Of a stretch of DNA of 64,000 nt, positions 35,688-45,436 are shown in pieces (position 1 is the stretch's first letter; each line of letters starts with the position of its first letter). The notes beneath the pieces were generated by a model, which made no database searches, was not told where the DNA came from, and saw nothing but the letters and a program-made list of their open reading frames with translations. The DNA lies in the IMG/VR virus record IMGVR_UViG_3300046361_000034, positions 1 to 64,000 of that record. One strand, given 5' to 3'. The DNA comes from a virus. A program made the translations under genes and the position numbers.

Positions 35688-38600
35688 ATGGAAGAATTTA
35701 ATGGAATGCATAGAAATAATATTAAAAGTAAAATTCCCACAGGTATGTGGGAATTTGCTCGTAATATACTTATGACAAAAGGTTGGAAATCTATAATGGA
35801 TGAAGATGGGTTTGATCTTAAAGTAACTATTCCTGGACAAATTATTGGAAGAATTGATACAAATGAAGAAGTTATATGTTTTAGTGTTGATGGTATATAT
35901 TCGTGTATTGGTATTTATACAGAAATATCAGGAATTGGTCAATATATTCCTAAAATAAGAAGTCTTTATTTAGGTTTTAAAGTTGATAGACCAATTGAAG
36001 GAGTATTTTTTTATAATTTTAAAAAAGAATTAATTGTTGCTTTTTGTGATGGTGTTTTTGCTGATAGTAATGTACCACGTTTAATTAATCTTACTAATTT
36101 TCCTGTACCTTTAACAGGATTAGAATTAACTAATCCTACTGATGTAGTAAAATTAAATCTATTTTTAGATGCTTTAGATGCTGATATAGATGTAAAATAT
36201 ATAAATAATGGTACATTAGAAGCTGATGTTATTTATATAAGTTATAGTTATGTAAGTAATGATTCTTTAACATCTACTGTATTTTTTCCTATTCATGTAG
36301 CTACTTATCCTACTTATAATTTTAGAGAATTAAATAAACGAAATATAGAAGTATTTTTAACTAATTTAGATGCAAGGTATTCTAAACTTAGATTAGGTTT
36401 ATTAGTTGTAAAAGATTCTGGATTATTTGGATATCAAAGTGAAGTACTTACTTATTCAGGTACAAGTTATAATACCATTATATCTTCTTTAACAAATTAT
36501 ACTACTATAGCTACAGATGAATTAGTTGTTCCTAAGGCTATTTATAGTAGAGTAGAAACTATGACTTTTAATAATAGTGAATTACTTATTGGTCATCTTG
36601 TAGGTACAGAAGCATTTAAATTTCAAAAATATGCAAATCAATTAGAATTAGAATTAACTTATGATATTAAAAAAGCTAGTGATTTTACTACACCTATGTT
36701 ATGTCCTGATGAAGTATATTCTATAACAATATGTCCTCAATTTCTTAATGGCACTTATGGAGAAGAGTATCATATTCCTGGTGTAAAACCTTATGGAGAT
36801 AATTTAAATGTATTATCTTCTACAGATATTGATAATCTTGGTCTAAATAGTTTAAATCCTGAAGTGTTTAAAAAATTTAGAATATTTAATACTGGAGGAT
36901 TTGTTAATAATACTATACCTATTAGTATTCCTTACAATCCTGCGGAATTTCTTCTTAGATGGGGTTATTGGGAAAACCAAGAAACTTATCCAAATGACAA
37001 TGAGTATAATAGTGGAGTAGATTATGATGGTTCTACTATAGTTGGTGGAGAAGATTTAAGAAGTACTAATATTAGATATCATCGTGTTCCTGGTCTTAAT
37101 GCCCTAGTAACAAAATTTCCTTGTATTTTAGGATATGATAATAAGAATGAAGAAAATCCTTTTGGTGATCCCTTAAGTAAATTTAGAGGACTTATTCCTG
37201 CATTTGGAATAAATGTTACTAATTTTAATACTGTTGTTCCTCCTGCTATATTAAATCAAATTCAAGGATATAAATTATCAATAGTTAAAAGAAAAGCAGG
37301 AGATTATTTAGTTGAAGATATTAATTTTATAAAACAAGCTTTAGCATACAATGCTAGTGGAGTAACAAATATTGATACTGGTGTATCTACTGTATTTGAA
37401 TCCACTATGTATACTAAAATGCCTTCACTTGCTCCTAGTACTCCCCCTTATAATTTATATGCTTGTCAATTTGGTTTTAGTAAAGTAAGAAGTAATACTT
37501 TATTTTCTTATACTCCTAAAATAACTCCTAGAATAATTAAAGCTAATTATGCACTTAGAGATGCTTATGGTCCTGTATCAGGTGTAGTTAGTGCTGAAAA
37601 TCTAGACTATACAAAAGAAGCGACTAGAGGAACTGTTGGAGGAGTATCTGAAGTATCTGCTACAGCTATTCCTAGTTTTTACTTAGTTCCTGATGCTCAA
37701 AGATTTGCTGTGGTTAATGATATTAAATATGTTCCTGAGAATAATCAAGCTGCATTTACTTTATATACTGAAACAGGTATTAATTTATTTTGTCATAATA
37801 CTCTTGAGCCATTAATAGGGACACATAAATATCAAAATAATAGATGGAATCCTTTAGGAATAGTTGGTTTTTATGATGGGACAGATGATAGTGGAATACC
37901 TGGAAACGTATCTATAGATGCTTACGATAGTACTTTAAAAAAATATGATTCTATTAATATATCTGGATTTAAAGTTTTTAGTATAGGACTTAACACTACA
38001 CTTTTAAATTTACCTATTAATGTATATGCTGGGTTTAATCCTAAAGATTTTATTGTTTTAGGTAAAAAAACTATAAATAATCCTAATCCTTTTATAAATT
38101 GTGGAGATATATTTACTAATAATTTATATAATGTTGTTACTACTGTAATAATAGGTTTTCAAGTAGGAAATTATAATTTTGCTAGAGTTAAATTTTTTAA
38201 ATTAGGTATTAAAGGAGGATTTAGTGTTTGTGCTAATTCTGAAATATATTTAGATAAAGGACAAAAGCAATTAGCCAATACTTATGAGTATCTTGATTCC
38301 CCACCTAATGATATTGATTTATTGAATACTTTTGATTATAAGTTAGAAGTTTTTAATAAAGAAACATTAAGAAGTTTAAATGATATTTTTGTTGGGGTAA
38401 GTTTTAGTATAACTAATATATTTGTAAGTTATTTCCCTTATCGAATACATCGTAGCTTAGTAGTAGCTGATGAAAATTTAACTACTACTGGTATTAGAAC
38501 TTTTCTTGCTAATAGTTATAAAGAGATGCTTAATGATAGAGGAGCTATTACTGCATTAAGAGGAACAAATAAAATATTATTTATTCAGCAAAAGTATTCT

Positions 38601-39761
38601 CTATTTCTTGCAAGTATAAAAGACAAATTAACTCATGATAATACTGAAACTTATTTAGGAGTAGGAGATTTATTTGATAGACAACCTGATGAGATATTTT
38701 ATAATAGTAATAAAGGTTATATTGGTTGTACTAGTAAATTTGCTTCTATAGTATTTAAAGGAGGTTATGTTGTAGGAGATCAAGTTAAAGGTAAAATATT
38801 TATTATATCAGAAGGAGGTAGTGAAATTTCTGAAGAAGATATGAGTATATGGTTTACAGAAAATTGGTCAACAGCTGAATTAGGTATTTATACTCTTGAT
38901 AGATTTGGAAATCAACAAAATGTTGATAACCCTTTTACTCAAATTGGTCATATTATAGGCTATGATGAAAAATATCATAGATTATTATTTACTAAAAAGG
39001 CTTATATTATTGATATAGATGCAGTAGAAAATAGTGCTCCTGAAACAGGAGCAATAGGAGTATTTATGGATGGAGTACGAGATGCAAATACTTTAGAACT
39101 TATACCTTTTACAAATACTGATTATTATAAAGAAATATCTAAAACTATATCATATGATTTAGATAAGAAAAAATGGATATGTGAGCATGATTATTTTCCA
39201 TCTACTTATTTTAATACAAATAAAAATCTCTATAATGCAGTAAATACTAATTCAGATGCTTTGTTATATCAACAAAATAGTTTAACTACCAAAAGATTAT
39301 TTCATTTTGGAATTAAAGCTAAAAGTTATATAGATTTAATCTTTAATAATCGTATAGATATTTCTAAACTATATCAAAATGTTACTTGGAATACAATAGT
39401 TACAGATAAAAATGGAGAAAATTATTATTTTAAAACTATTGATGCTTTAATGCTTTATACAGATTTTCAATGTACTGGAGAATTAAGTATACCGAGTAAT
39501 ACAATTAAGATAAGTAGAAATAATGAAGGTAATTGGGATTTTAATGGTTTTAGAGATTTTGTAGTTAATTCTAATTTGCCTATAGTGAATAACGTTGGTA
39601 GTATTAATGTAAGTAATATTAATATTAATAAAAGTTGGTTTGATAAATCAAATTTTATTCATACCTTTATAGTGGTTCGTATGATTATTAATAATGATAC
39701 TAATAATACTACTTATATTAATGTAGTGAATGTTAAGAGTAGAAATAGTGATAGAACTTAA
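35688..39761 (+). CDS. muzzle / tail stabilization protein
   Basis: 1357 aa, beta-rich; GMHRN..., FARNI, GAITAL, GVGDLF, TISYD...WICEHDYFP; crAss synteny. Confidence 0.75.
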   Translation: MEEFNGMHRNNIKSKIPTGMWEFARNILMTKGWKSIMDEDGFDLKVTIPGQIIGRIDTNEEVICFSVDGIYSCIGIYTEISGIGQYIPKIRSLYLGFKVDRPIEGVFFYNFKKELIVAFCDGVFADSNVPRLINLTNFPVPLTGLELTNPTDVVKLNLFLDALDADIDVKYINNGTLEADVIYISYSYVSNDSLTSTVFFPIHVATYPTYNFRELNKRNIEVFLTNLDARYSKLRLGLLVVKDSGLFGYQSEVLTYSGTSYNTIISSLTNYTTIATDELVVPKAIYSRVETMTFNNSELLIGHLVGTEAFKFQKYANQLELELTYDIKKASDFTTPMLCPDEVYSITICPQFLNGTYGEEYHIPGVKPYGDNLNVLSSTDIDNLGLNSLNPEVFKKFRIFNTGGFVNNTIPISIPYNPAEFLLRWGYWENQETYPNDNEYNSGVDYDGSTIVGGEDLRSTNIRYHRVPGLNALVTKFPCILGYDNKNEENPFGDPLSKFRGLIPAFGINVTNFNTVVPPAILNQIQGYKLSIVKRKAGDYLVEDINFIKQALAYNASGVTNIDTGVSTVFESTMYTKMPSLAPSTPPYNLYACQFGFSKVRSNTLFSYTPKITPRIIKANYALRDAYGPVSGVVSAENLDYTKEATRGTVGGVSEVSATAIPSFYLVPDAQRFAVVNDIKYVPENNQAAFTLYTETGINLFCHNTLEPLIGTHKYQNNRWNPLGIVGFYDGTDDSGIPGNVSIDAYDSTLKKYDSINISGFKVFSIGLNTTLLNLPINVYAGFNPKDFIVLGKKTINNPNPFINCGDIFTNNLYNVVTTVIIGFQVGNYNFARVKFFKLGIKGGFSVCANSEIYLDKGQKQLANTYEYLDSPPNDIDLLNTFDYKLEVFNKETLRSLNDIFVGVSFSITNIFVSYFPYRIHRSLVVADENLTTTGIRTFLANSYKEMLNDRGAITALRGTNKILFIQQKYSLFLASIKDKLTHDNTETYLGVGDLFDRQPDEIFYNSNKGYIGCTSKFASIVFKGGYVVGDQVKGKIFIISEGGSEISEEDMSIWFTENWSTAELGIYTLDRFGNQQNVDNPFTQIGHIIGYDEKYHRLLFTKKAYIIDIDAVENSAPETGAIGVFMDGVRDANTLELIPFTNTDYYKEISKTISYDLDKKKWICEHDYFPSTYFNTNKNLYNAVNTNSDALLYQQNSLTTKRLFHFGIKAKSYIDLIFNNRIDISKLYQNVTWNTIVTDKNGENYYFKTIDALMLYTDFQCTGELSIPSNTIKISRNNEGNWDFNGFRDFVVNSNLPIVNNVGSINVSNININKSWFDKSNFIHTFIVVRMIINNDTNNTTYINVVNVKSRNSDRT

Positions 39762-39772
39762 AATTATAGATT

Positions 39773-42097
39773 ATGATACAACCTAAGAAATCTAAACAAA
39801 TTAATGTTCCTAATAAAGAACATCCTAGATATAAAGCCTATGTAGATAGTCTATATCTTTATAATAGAAGTAGATATAATAATACTTTAGCTAAAGATGA
39901 AAATCTTAAATCTATTAATAAATATAATGAACTAAAAAAAATATATGAACCTGAATTAGCAGAAAATGTATTTAAAAGTAAAGCAGATGATTTTACTCCT
40001 ACTACTCCTAATGGTTCTAAAATAAAACCAATAAGTAATATTACTTATACAAGTAAAACAAAAAATTCTTTAATTCCTAAAAGTTTTGCAGGTACTTATA
40101 ATAAAGTAAGTGGTAATGAAGGAGTTATTACTTTTAACTTTAAAGCTCCTGAAGAAAAAGTTAATTTAAAATCTAATAGTCCTACTAAACTAATACAAAA
40201 TAAAAAACTAATAGGTATTAGTAAAGATAAAATTAATACTAATAAATCTGAAAATATAAATAATTTTAGTAAGAGTAATGATAAAGTAGAATTTATACAA
40301 AATAATTTAAAACCTCAAGACGTAATAAAAATAAAAAATCCTACTATTAATCCAACAATAATTAGTCCTATAATAAAACCACCAAATAGTTATAAAATTC
40401 ATGAAGAGCATGGCAATGGTAACACTACAGATTATGAGGTCAATGATTTAAATAATATTAATACAGATGTTAATAGAACTAGAACAATCACACCTAAGTT
40501 TGATTTAGGTGGTAAACTAAATACTATGAAAACAATTAAAAGATTACCTAAAACTAAAAACTATTATTTTGATGGTGGAGGAGCATTATCAGGAATAGCT
40601 GGTGTGGCAAGTACTGCTGGTCCTTGGGGTGCTGCAGTAGGTGCTGGTCTAGGATTAATACAATCAACAATGGCTGGACAAGATGTTGCTGATGCTAGAC
40701 AAGAGCAAGTAGCTAGAATAATGGCAAATCAAGCTGTTGAGGATGCTGCATATTTAAAAACATATAATACTAAAGGTACTAATGATGTTAATTATTATGC
40801 TGGTGGAGGAAACTTAAGACAAGGTTTTCCTAAAGGCAAATATGCAACAATAGGTGGAGATTTAGAATCTTTAAGTTCTAATGCTGAAGTTGCAGAAGGT
40901 AATACTCATGGAGAAAATAAAATTGATGGTCAATACGGAATTACTTTACATGATGCTCAAGGTAATCCTAAAGCAGAAATAGAAGATGATGAAGTTATTG
41001 TAGATAACGAAAAAGTATTTAGTGATAGACTTAAATATAATTCTAAAAATACATTTGCTCAAATGGCTAAAAAGATTGCTACTAAAGCAGGTAAACTAGA
41101 AGAAAAATTAGAAGGTATTAAAGATACAAAAGATCGTAATGGTTTAGAAAGAAATCTTGCAGGAATGAAAATGGCACATGAAGTATTGTTTAATAAACAA
41201 GAAGAAGTTAAACAATCAGAAGGTCATAAAGAATTAAAAATGTTAGCTGCTGGTGGATATATTCCTAAAATGGGATATGGTGATTTAATTGATCCTCCTA
41301 CATATAGACCTAATTATAAAAGACGAGTAGGTAATGCAATGTTAGATGAATTATCTGGACCAGGTAGTTTAATTAAGGGTATGGGTAAAATTAAAGATGG
41401 TTTACCTAATCCTCCTTCTGCATTTTCTGAAATGGCTCCTAGTCTTATTGATAATGCTGCTGGTTTAATTATGGCTAATAACTCTCCTAAAGTTCCTAAA
41501 CCTATTCTAAATAGATATATTCCTATGAAAACTTCCGTAGATGCTACCCCTCAATTAGCTGCTATTGCTAATACAACTAAGACCAATAGAGATGATATAT
41601 TAGGAAATACATCTAATAGTTCTATTGCTAGAGCAAATATTGCTTCATCTAATTTAAGAGGTAATGAGCAGAAAATGGGAGTATTAGGTCAAAAAGAAAA
41701 TATAGAAACTCAATTAAAAAATCAAGATACAGAAGCTAGAATGAAAAATGCTTCAGAAAATAATAAGTTATCTGATGAATATAATAAAGCTAATTATGAA
41801 AGAAGTACCTCTATTAATAGAGATATAATGAAGAATATTAGTAATATGTCTGCTGATTTTGCTGATTATAAAGAGAAAAAAGATTTAACTAAATTTTATG
41901 ATGCTGATAATATGGCTGATTTACTTGATGACCCTACTGGAGAAAAATTAAAAGCTGCTCAAGCTAATCCTTATTTTAATAAATCACCTGAAATGATGGC
42001 TGCATTAAAAAAAGAATATGCTAGACGTAATCTTCCTGCAAAAAGAAAATTTAATTATAATGGTTCTAACAGTTTTGTACCTTCAACAATTAATTAA
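39773..42097 (+). CDS. internal virion cargo/ejection protein
   Basis: Gly/Ala TM-like GPWGAAVGAGLGL; GNTHGE...AEIEDDEV...VFSDRL; repeated hydrophobic-x-x-GG motifs; coiled coils. Confidence 0.7.
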   Translation: MIQPKKSKQINVPNKEHPRYKAYVDSLYLYNRSRYNNTLAKDENLKSINKYNELKKIYEPELAENVFKSKADDFTPTTPNGSKIKPISNITYTSKTKNSLIPKSFAGTYNKVSGNEGVITFNFKAPEEKVNLKSNSPTKLIQNKKLIGISKDKINTNKSENINNFSKSNDKVEFIQNNLKPQDVIKIKNPTINPTIISPIIKPPNSYKIHEEHGNGNTTDYEVNDLNNINTDVNRTRTITPKFDLGGKLNTMKTIKRLPKTKNYYFDGGGALSGIAGVASTAGPWGAAVGAGLGLIQSTMAGQDVADARQEQVARIMANQAVEDAAYLKTYNTKGTNDVNYYAGGGNLRQGFPKGKYATIGGDLESLSSNAEVAEGNTHGENKIDGQYGITLHDAQGNPKAEIEDDEVIVDNEKVFSDRLKYNSKNTFAQMAKKIATKAGKLEEKLEGIKDTKDRNGLERNLAGMKMAHEVLFNKQEEVKQSEGHKELKMLAAGGYIPKMGYGDLIDPPTYRPNYKRRVGNAMLDELSGPGSLIKGMGKIKDGLPNPPSAFSEMAPSLIDNAAGLIMANNSPKVPKPILNRYIPMKTSVDATPQLAAIANTTKTNRDDILGNTSNSSIARANIASSNLRGNEQKMGVLGQKENIETQLKNQDTEARMKNASENNKLSDEYNKANYERSTSINRDIMKNISNMSADFADYKEKKDLTKFYDADNMADLLDDPTGEKLKAAQANPYFNKSPEMMAALKKEYARRNLPAKRKFNYNGSNSFVPSTIN

Positions 42098-42103
42098 AAT
42101 ATT

Positions 42104-45100
42104 ATGGGAAATTATGGAGATATAGGAGAATTTGTATATAATGAACAACGTTCTAGATTTGTTGCTCCTCCTAATGCTAAATTTCAAGCATTAGGTAAAA
42201 AACGAGAAGCTGATTATGTTCAAACTAAAAATGATGTTAATGCTTTGCAAACAATGATGAGAGCATTACCTAAAGATACTGATCCTGAATTATATAATGA
42301 AATATTAGCTAAACAAAATCAAGTATTATCTGGAGTAAATGCTGATAATTATGCAGATAAAGTTTTAGATATAGATCAATATTCTTACGATTTTGTAAAT
42401 AAAGATGGTGCATCTGAATTAATGCAGAAACAAAAACAAATTGGTGATGCTTATAAAGTTTATGATGATGCTTATGAAAAGGGTGAAATAGAAGATCCTG
42501 CTAAAGCTGAGTGGCATAAGCAACGTATAATGGCAGAAGCTAAAGCTAATCCTTTAAAGCGTGATGTTAATGGATTTATATCTAAACCTAATATTAAGCC
42601 TCATGCTTTTGTACCTTATGTTAATGGTCAAGAATTAGTTGATAAAACATTAAAAGGATGGGAAGCAGATGGAAGTGTTGTTTTAGATCCTAAAACTGGC
42701 AAATATAAAGTAAGTGATGAGGTTAGAGGTTACTTAGGTATAACAGATAGAGAAAGTATATCAGAAGCTGAGTTACTTCAAGCTGGTATTAAAACTTTAC
42801 AAAATGATGGTAAATACCAAAGTTATTTAAAAGAAGATGCTCAGTTTAAAACTAGAAATATTGAGCCTAATGCTGAAAATGTAAATGCTATATTAAGTGT
42901 TAATGTTAAAAAAGGATTATTTGGTACAGATAAACCTACTAATGAACAAATTCAAGAATCTATTAATAATGGTAGTTTAAATCCAGTATATGCTATTCAA
43001 GAGGCTTTTAAGAATGAAGAAATGATTAGTAAATCTGTTGTTCCTGCTGCTAAATATGGTTACACTAAAGATAAACTTACTTTATATAAAGATGAGTTAT
43101 TATTAGGTGCATTAAAAGCACAACAAGAAACTTATAAAGCACAAGCTAAACAACAAGCTGAATCTAATGTAGTTGTTACAGTAGAGCCTTTTACTTCTCA
43201 ACAAATTATTAATCCTACAAATATTAAAGCACTTGAAACTAATAAACAAAATTTAATAGAGCAACGTAAAAATCTTCAAATTACATTAAGAGCTAATCAA
43301 CAAGCATATAATAAAGGTAATTCTAATATTACTTTAGAAAAATTAGAAGATAATAATAAACAAGTAACTTTATTAGATAGACAGATTGAAGAACATGAAC
43401 AACAACAGAAATCTTTATCTAAAGCTTTACCTGACAGTGCTAAAAAATTAGGTATTAATTTAATTGATGGAAAAGATAGTGTTTATGATAAAAGTTATAA
43501 ACCTAGTTATGATATTGTTAAAAAGAAGAATCTTGAGACTTTAAAATCAATGGATTTTGAGGTAGATTTAACTGCTGACATAAAAACTGATAAAAATGGA
43601 GTAAAATATATAGATGATCCTGAATATACTTCTGGAAAAAGAATTGTTTATGACCCCTCTGTAAAAACTAATCCTGCATATTCTTCTACTGATACTGGTT
43701 TACAAAGAGTAGGAGATAAGTATATTTTAAAAGTTAAAGGTTCTAGTGGTACAATACCTACATTAATGACCTCTTATTTTTTAAAAAATGATGGAACTTT
43801 GAAAAATAATGTTACATTAAATAATCAAGATGATAAATCTAGATTATATAAAGTTCCTGATAGAGAAGAATTTGGTAAAATGGCTTTACAAGGTTATATT
43901 GATGATGAAACAAGTAGTAGTTTTGATGTTCCTTACACATATGAGAATACAGGTAAAAATTATAAACTTATGCATACTTCTGCTTTTCTTGATGATATTC
44001 AAAAAGTAAAAGATAGTCAAGGTACAATAGGTTTACCTCTTGTTCAAAGTCTTTCAGATATTATGGTTACTGGTGCAACAGTTAAAGATGCTGAGATGTC
44101 TTATGTTAACTTTGAAAAATCTAAAAATAAATCTTTTAGAGATACACCAAGTCAATATAGTATAGAAACAGTAGATGGTGTTACACCATTAGGAGATTAT
44201 CTTAAAGATAAATTTGGTATACCTGCTATAGATGGAAGATACATTGATTGGAAGGCTAGTGATATTAAAACGTTAATACAGACTTCTAGAGAATATGGTC
44301 AAAAAAATGGTATTAATATTGTTTTAACTCCTTACGGTAAAACATTTTTAGATAAGGAAACTGGTGCTGATGAAACTTATGCTAGAGAAAGACAAATTAA
44401 ATTAGTAGGTGTCAATACAATTAAAGATACTAGAGAAGAACAAAATGCACTTAAAAATATACTATTTAAATCATATGCTGGTCAAGCAGGAGATGGTTCT
44501 GACCATGCTACCGATATGAAGAAACAAATGGGTATTATTTATGCTAATAATTCTCCTGAGGGACAAGATTTAAATAGTAAGAATTTATATACTATGAGTG
44601 CTGGAGATGTTAAGCATTGGGATGTTAGAGGAACAGATTATCAAATTACTACTACTTCTAGAGATGCACAACAATCTGATATAATGAATGTAGATTTTCA
44701 TTTAGCTACTGTACAAAATGGACAACAAGTTACTTTAGCTAAATCTGAAAGTACAGGAATTACATCATGGGTTCCTACTAAAGATTTAGATGCAAATAAA
44801 GATATGGCAAGAGTAATATTTGAAAGTCCTGAAGATATTAAAGCTGTTGTTGGTGCTAAGTTACTAGATGAAGATTTTAAAGTTAATAAAGCAACAGTTA
44901 CTAGAAATGCTTTTGCTGAGTACTTACAAGTTAACACTGGTTATAAGTCTACTAATAGTGGTTCAGTAATTGAAACATATCAATCTATTCTTACTAGAAA
45001 TAAATCTTATTATGATGCTGAAAATACAATTAGTATATTAAATAATAAAGGAGAAAAGAAAACATTTGTTTCTAGAGTACCACAAGAAGATTTAGTTGAT

Positions 45101-45427
45101 TTAAGACAAACTGCTCCTGGAAATATCGATACAAATGTTCAATATCCTTATGTAAATAAAGATGTAGCACCAAATGTTAATAAGTTTATAGAAGATACTA
45201 ATGCTAAGGTTACTGGTGGTTTTAGAGGAAACTCTACCCATAATTTAGCTAAAGCAGGTGAGAATAGTTTACATAAATATGGTTATAGTTTAGATTTTGG
45301 TTATACTGATGAATTGTTTACAAATGTTAATAATCCTGAATTTTTAAAAGAACATGGTATTGTTAAATTTGAAAAGCATGAAAATCCGTTACATTTACAT
45401 ATAGAATTTGCACCTAATAATCCTTAA
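42104..45427 (+). CDS. internal virion/ejection protein with C-terminal M15-like peptidoglycan peptidase
   Basis: 1107 aa; C-terminal VTGGFR...NSLHKYGYSLD...HLHIEF (H-x6-D plus HxH zinc ligands). Confidence 0.75.
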   Translation: MGNYGDIGEFVYNEQRSRFVAPPNAKFQALGKKREADYVQTKNDVNALQTMMRALPKDTDPELYNEILAKQNQVLSGVNADNYADKVLDIDQYSYDFVNKDGASELMQKQKQIGDAYKVYDDAYEKGEIEDPAKAEWHKQRIMAEAKANPLKRDVNGFISKPNIKPHAFVPYVNGQELVDKTLKGWEADGSVVLDPKTGKYKVSDEVRGYLGITDRESISEAELLQAGIKTLQNDGKYQSYLKEDAQFKTRNIEPNAENVNAILSVNVKKGLFGTDKPTNEQIQESINNGSLNPVYAIQEAFKNEEMISKSVVPAAKYGYTKDKLTLYKDELLLGALKAQQETYKAQAKQQAESNVVVTVEPFTSQQIINPTNIKALETNKQNLIEQRKNLQITLRANQQAYNKGNSNITLEKLEDNNKQVTLLDRQIEEHEQQQKSLSKALPDSAKKLGINLIDGKDSVYDKSYKPSYDIVKKKNLETLKSMDFEVDLTADIKTDKNGVKYIDDPEYTSGKRIVYDPSVKTNPAYSSTDTGLQRVGDKYILKVKGSSGTIPTLMTSYFLKNDGTLKNNVTLNNQDDKSRLYKVPDREEFGKMALQGYIDDETSSSFDVPYTYENTGKNYKLMHTSAFLDDIQKVKDSQGTIGLPLVQSLSDIMVTGATVKDAEMSYVNFEKSKNKSFRDTPSQYSIETVDGVTPLGDYLKDKFGIPAIDGRYIDWKASDIKTLIQTSREYGQKNGINIVLTPYGKTFLDKETGADETYARERQIKLVGVNTIKDTREEQNALKNILFKSYAGQAGDGSDHATDMKKQMGIIYANNSPEGQDLNSKNLYTMSAGDVKHWDVRGTDYQITTTSRDAQQSDIMNVDFHLATVQNGQQVTLAKSESTGITSWVPTKDLDANKDMARVIFESPEDIKAVVGAKLLDEDFKVNKATVTRNAFAEYLQVNTGYKSTNSGSVIETYQSILTRNKSYYDAENTISILNNKGEKKTFVSRVPQEDLVDLRQTAPGNIDTNVQYPYVNKDVAPNVNKFIEDTNAKVTGGFRGNSTHNLAKAGENSLHKYGYSLDFGYTDELFTNVNNPEFLKEHGIVKFEKHENPLHLHIEFAPNNP

Positions 45428-45436
45428 ATAATAAAT

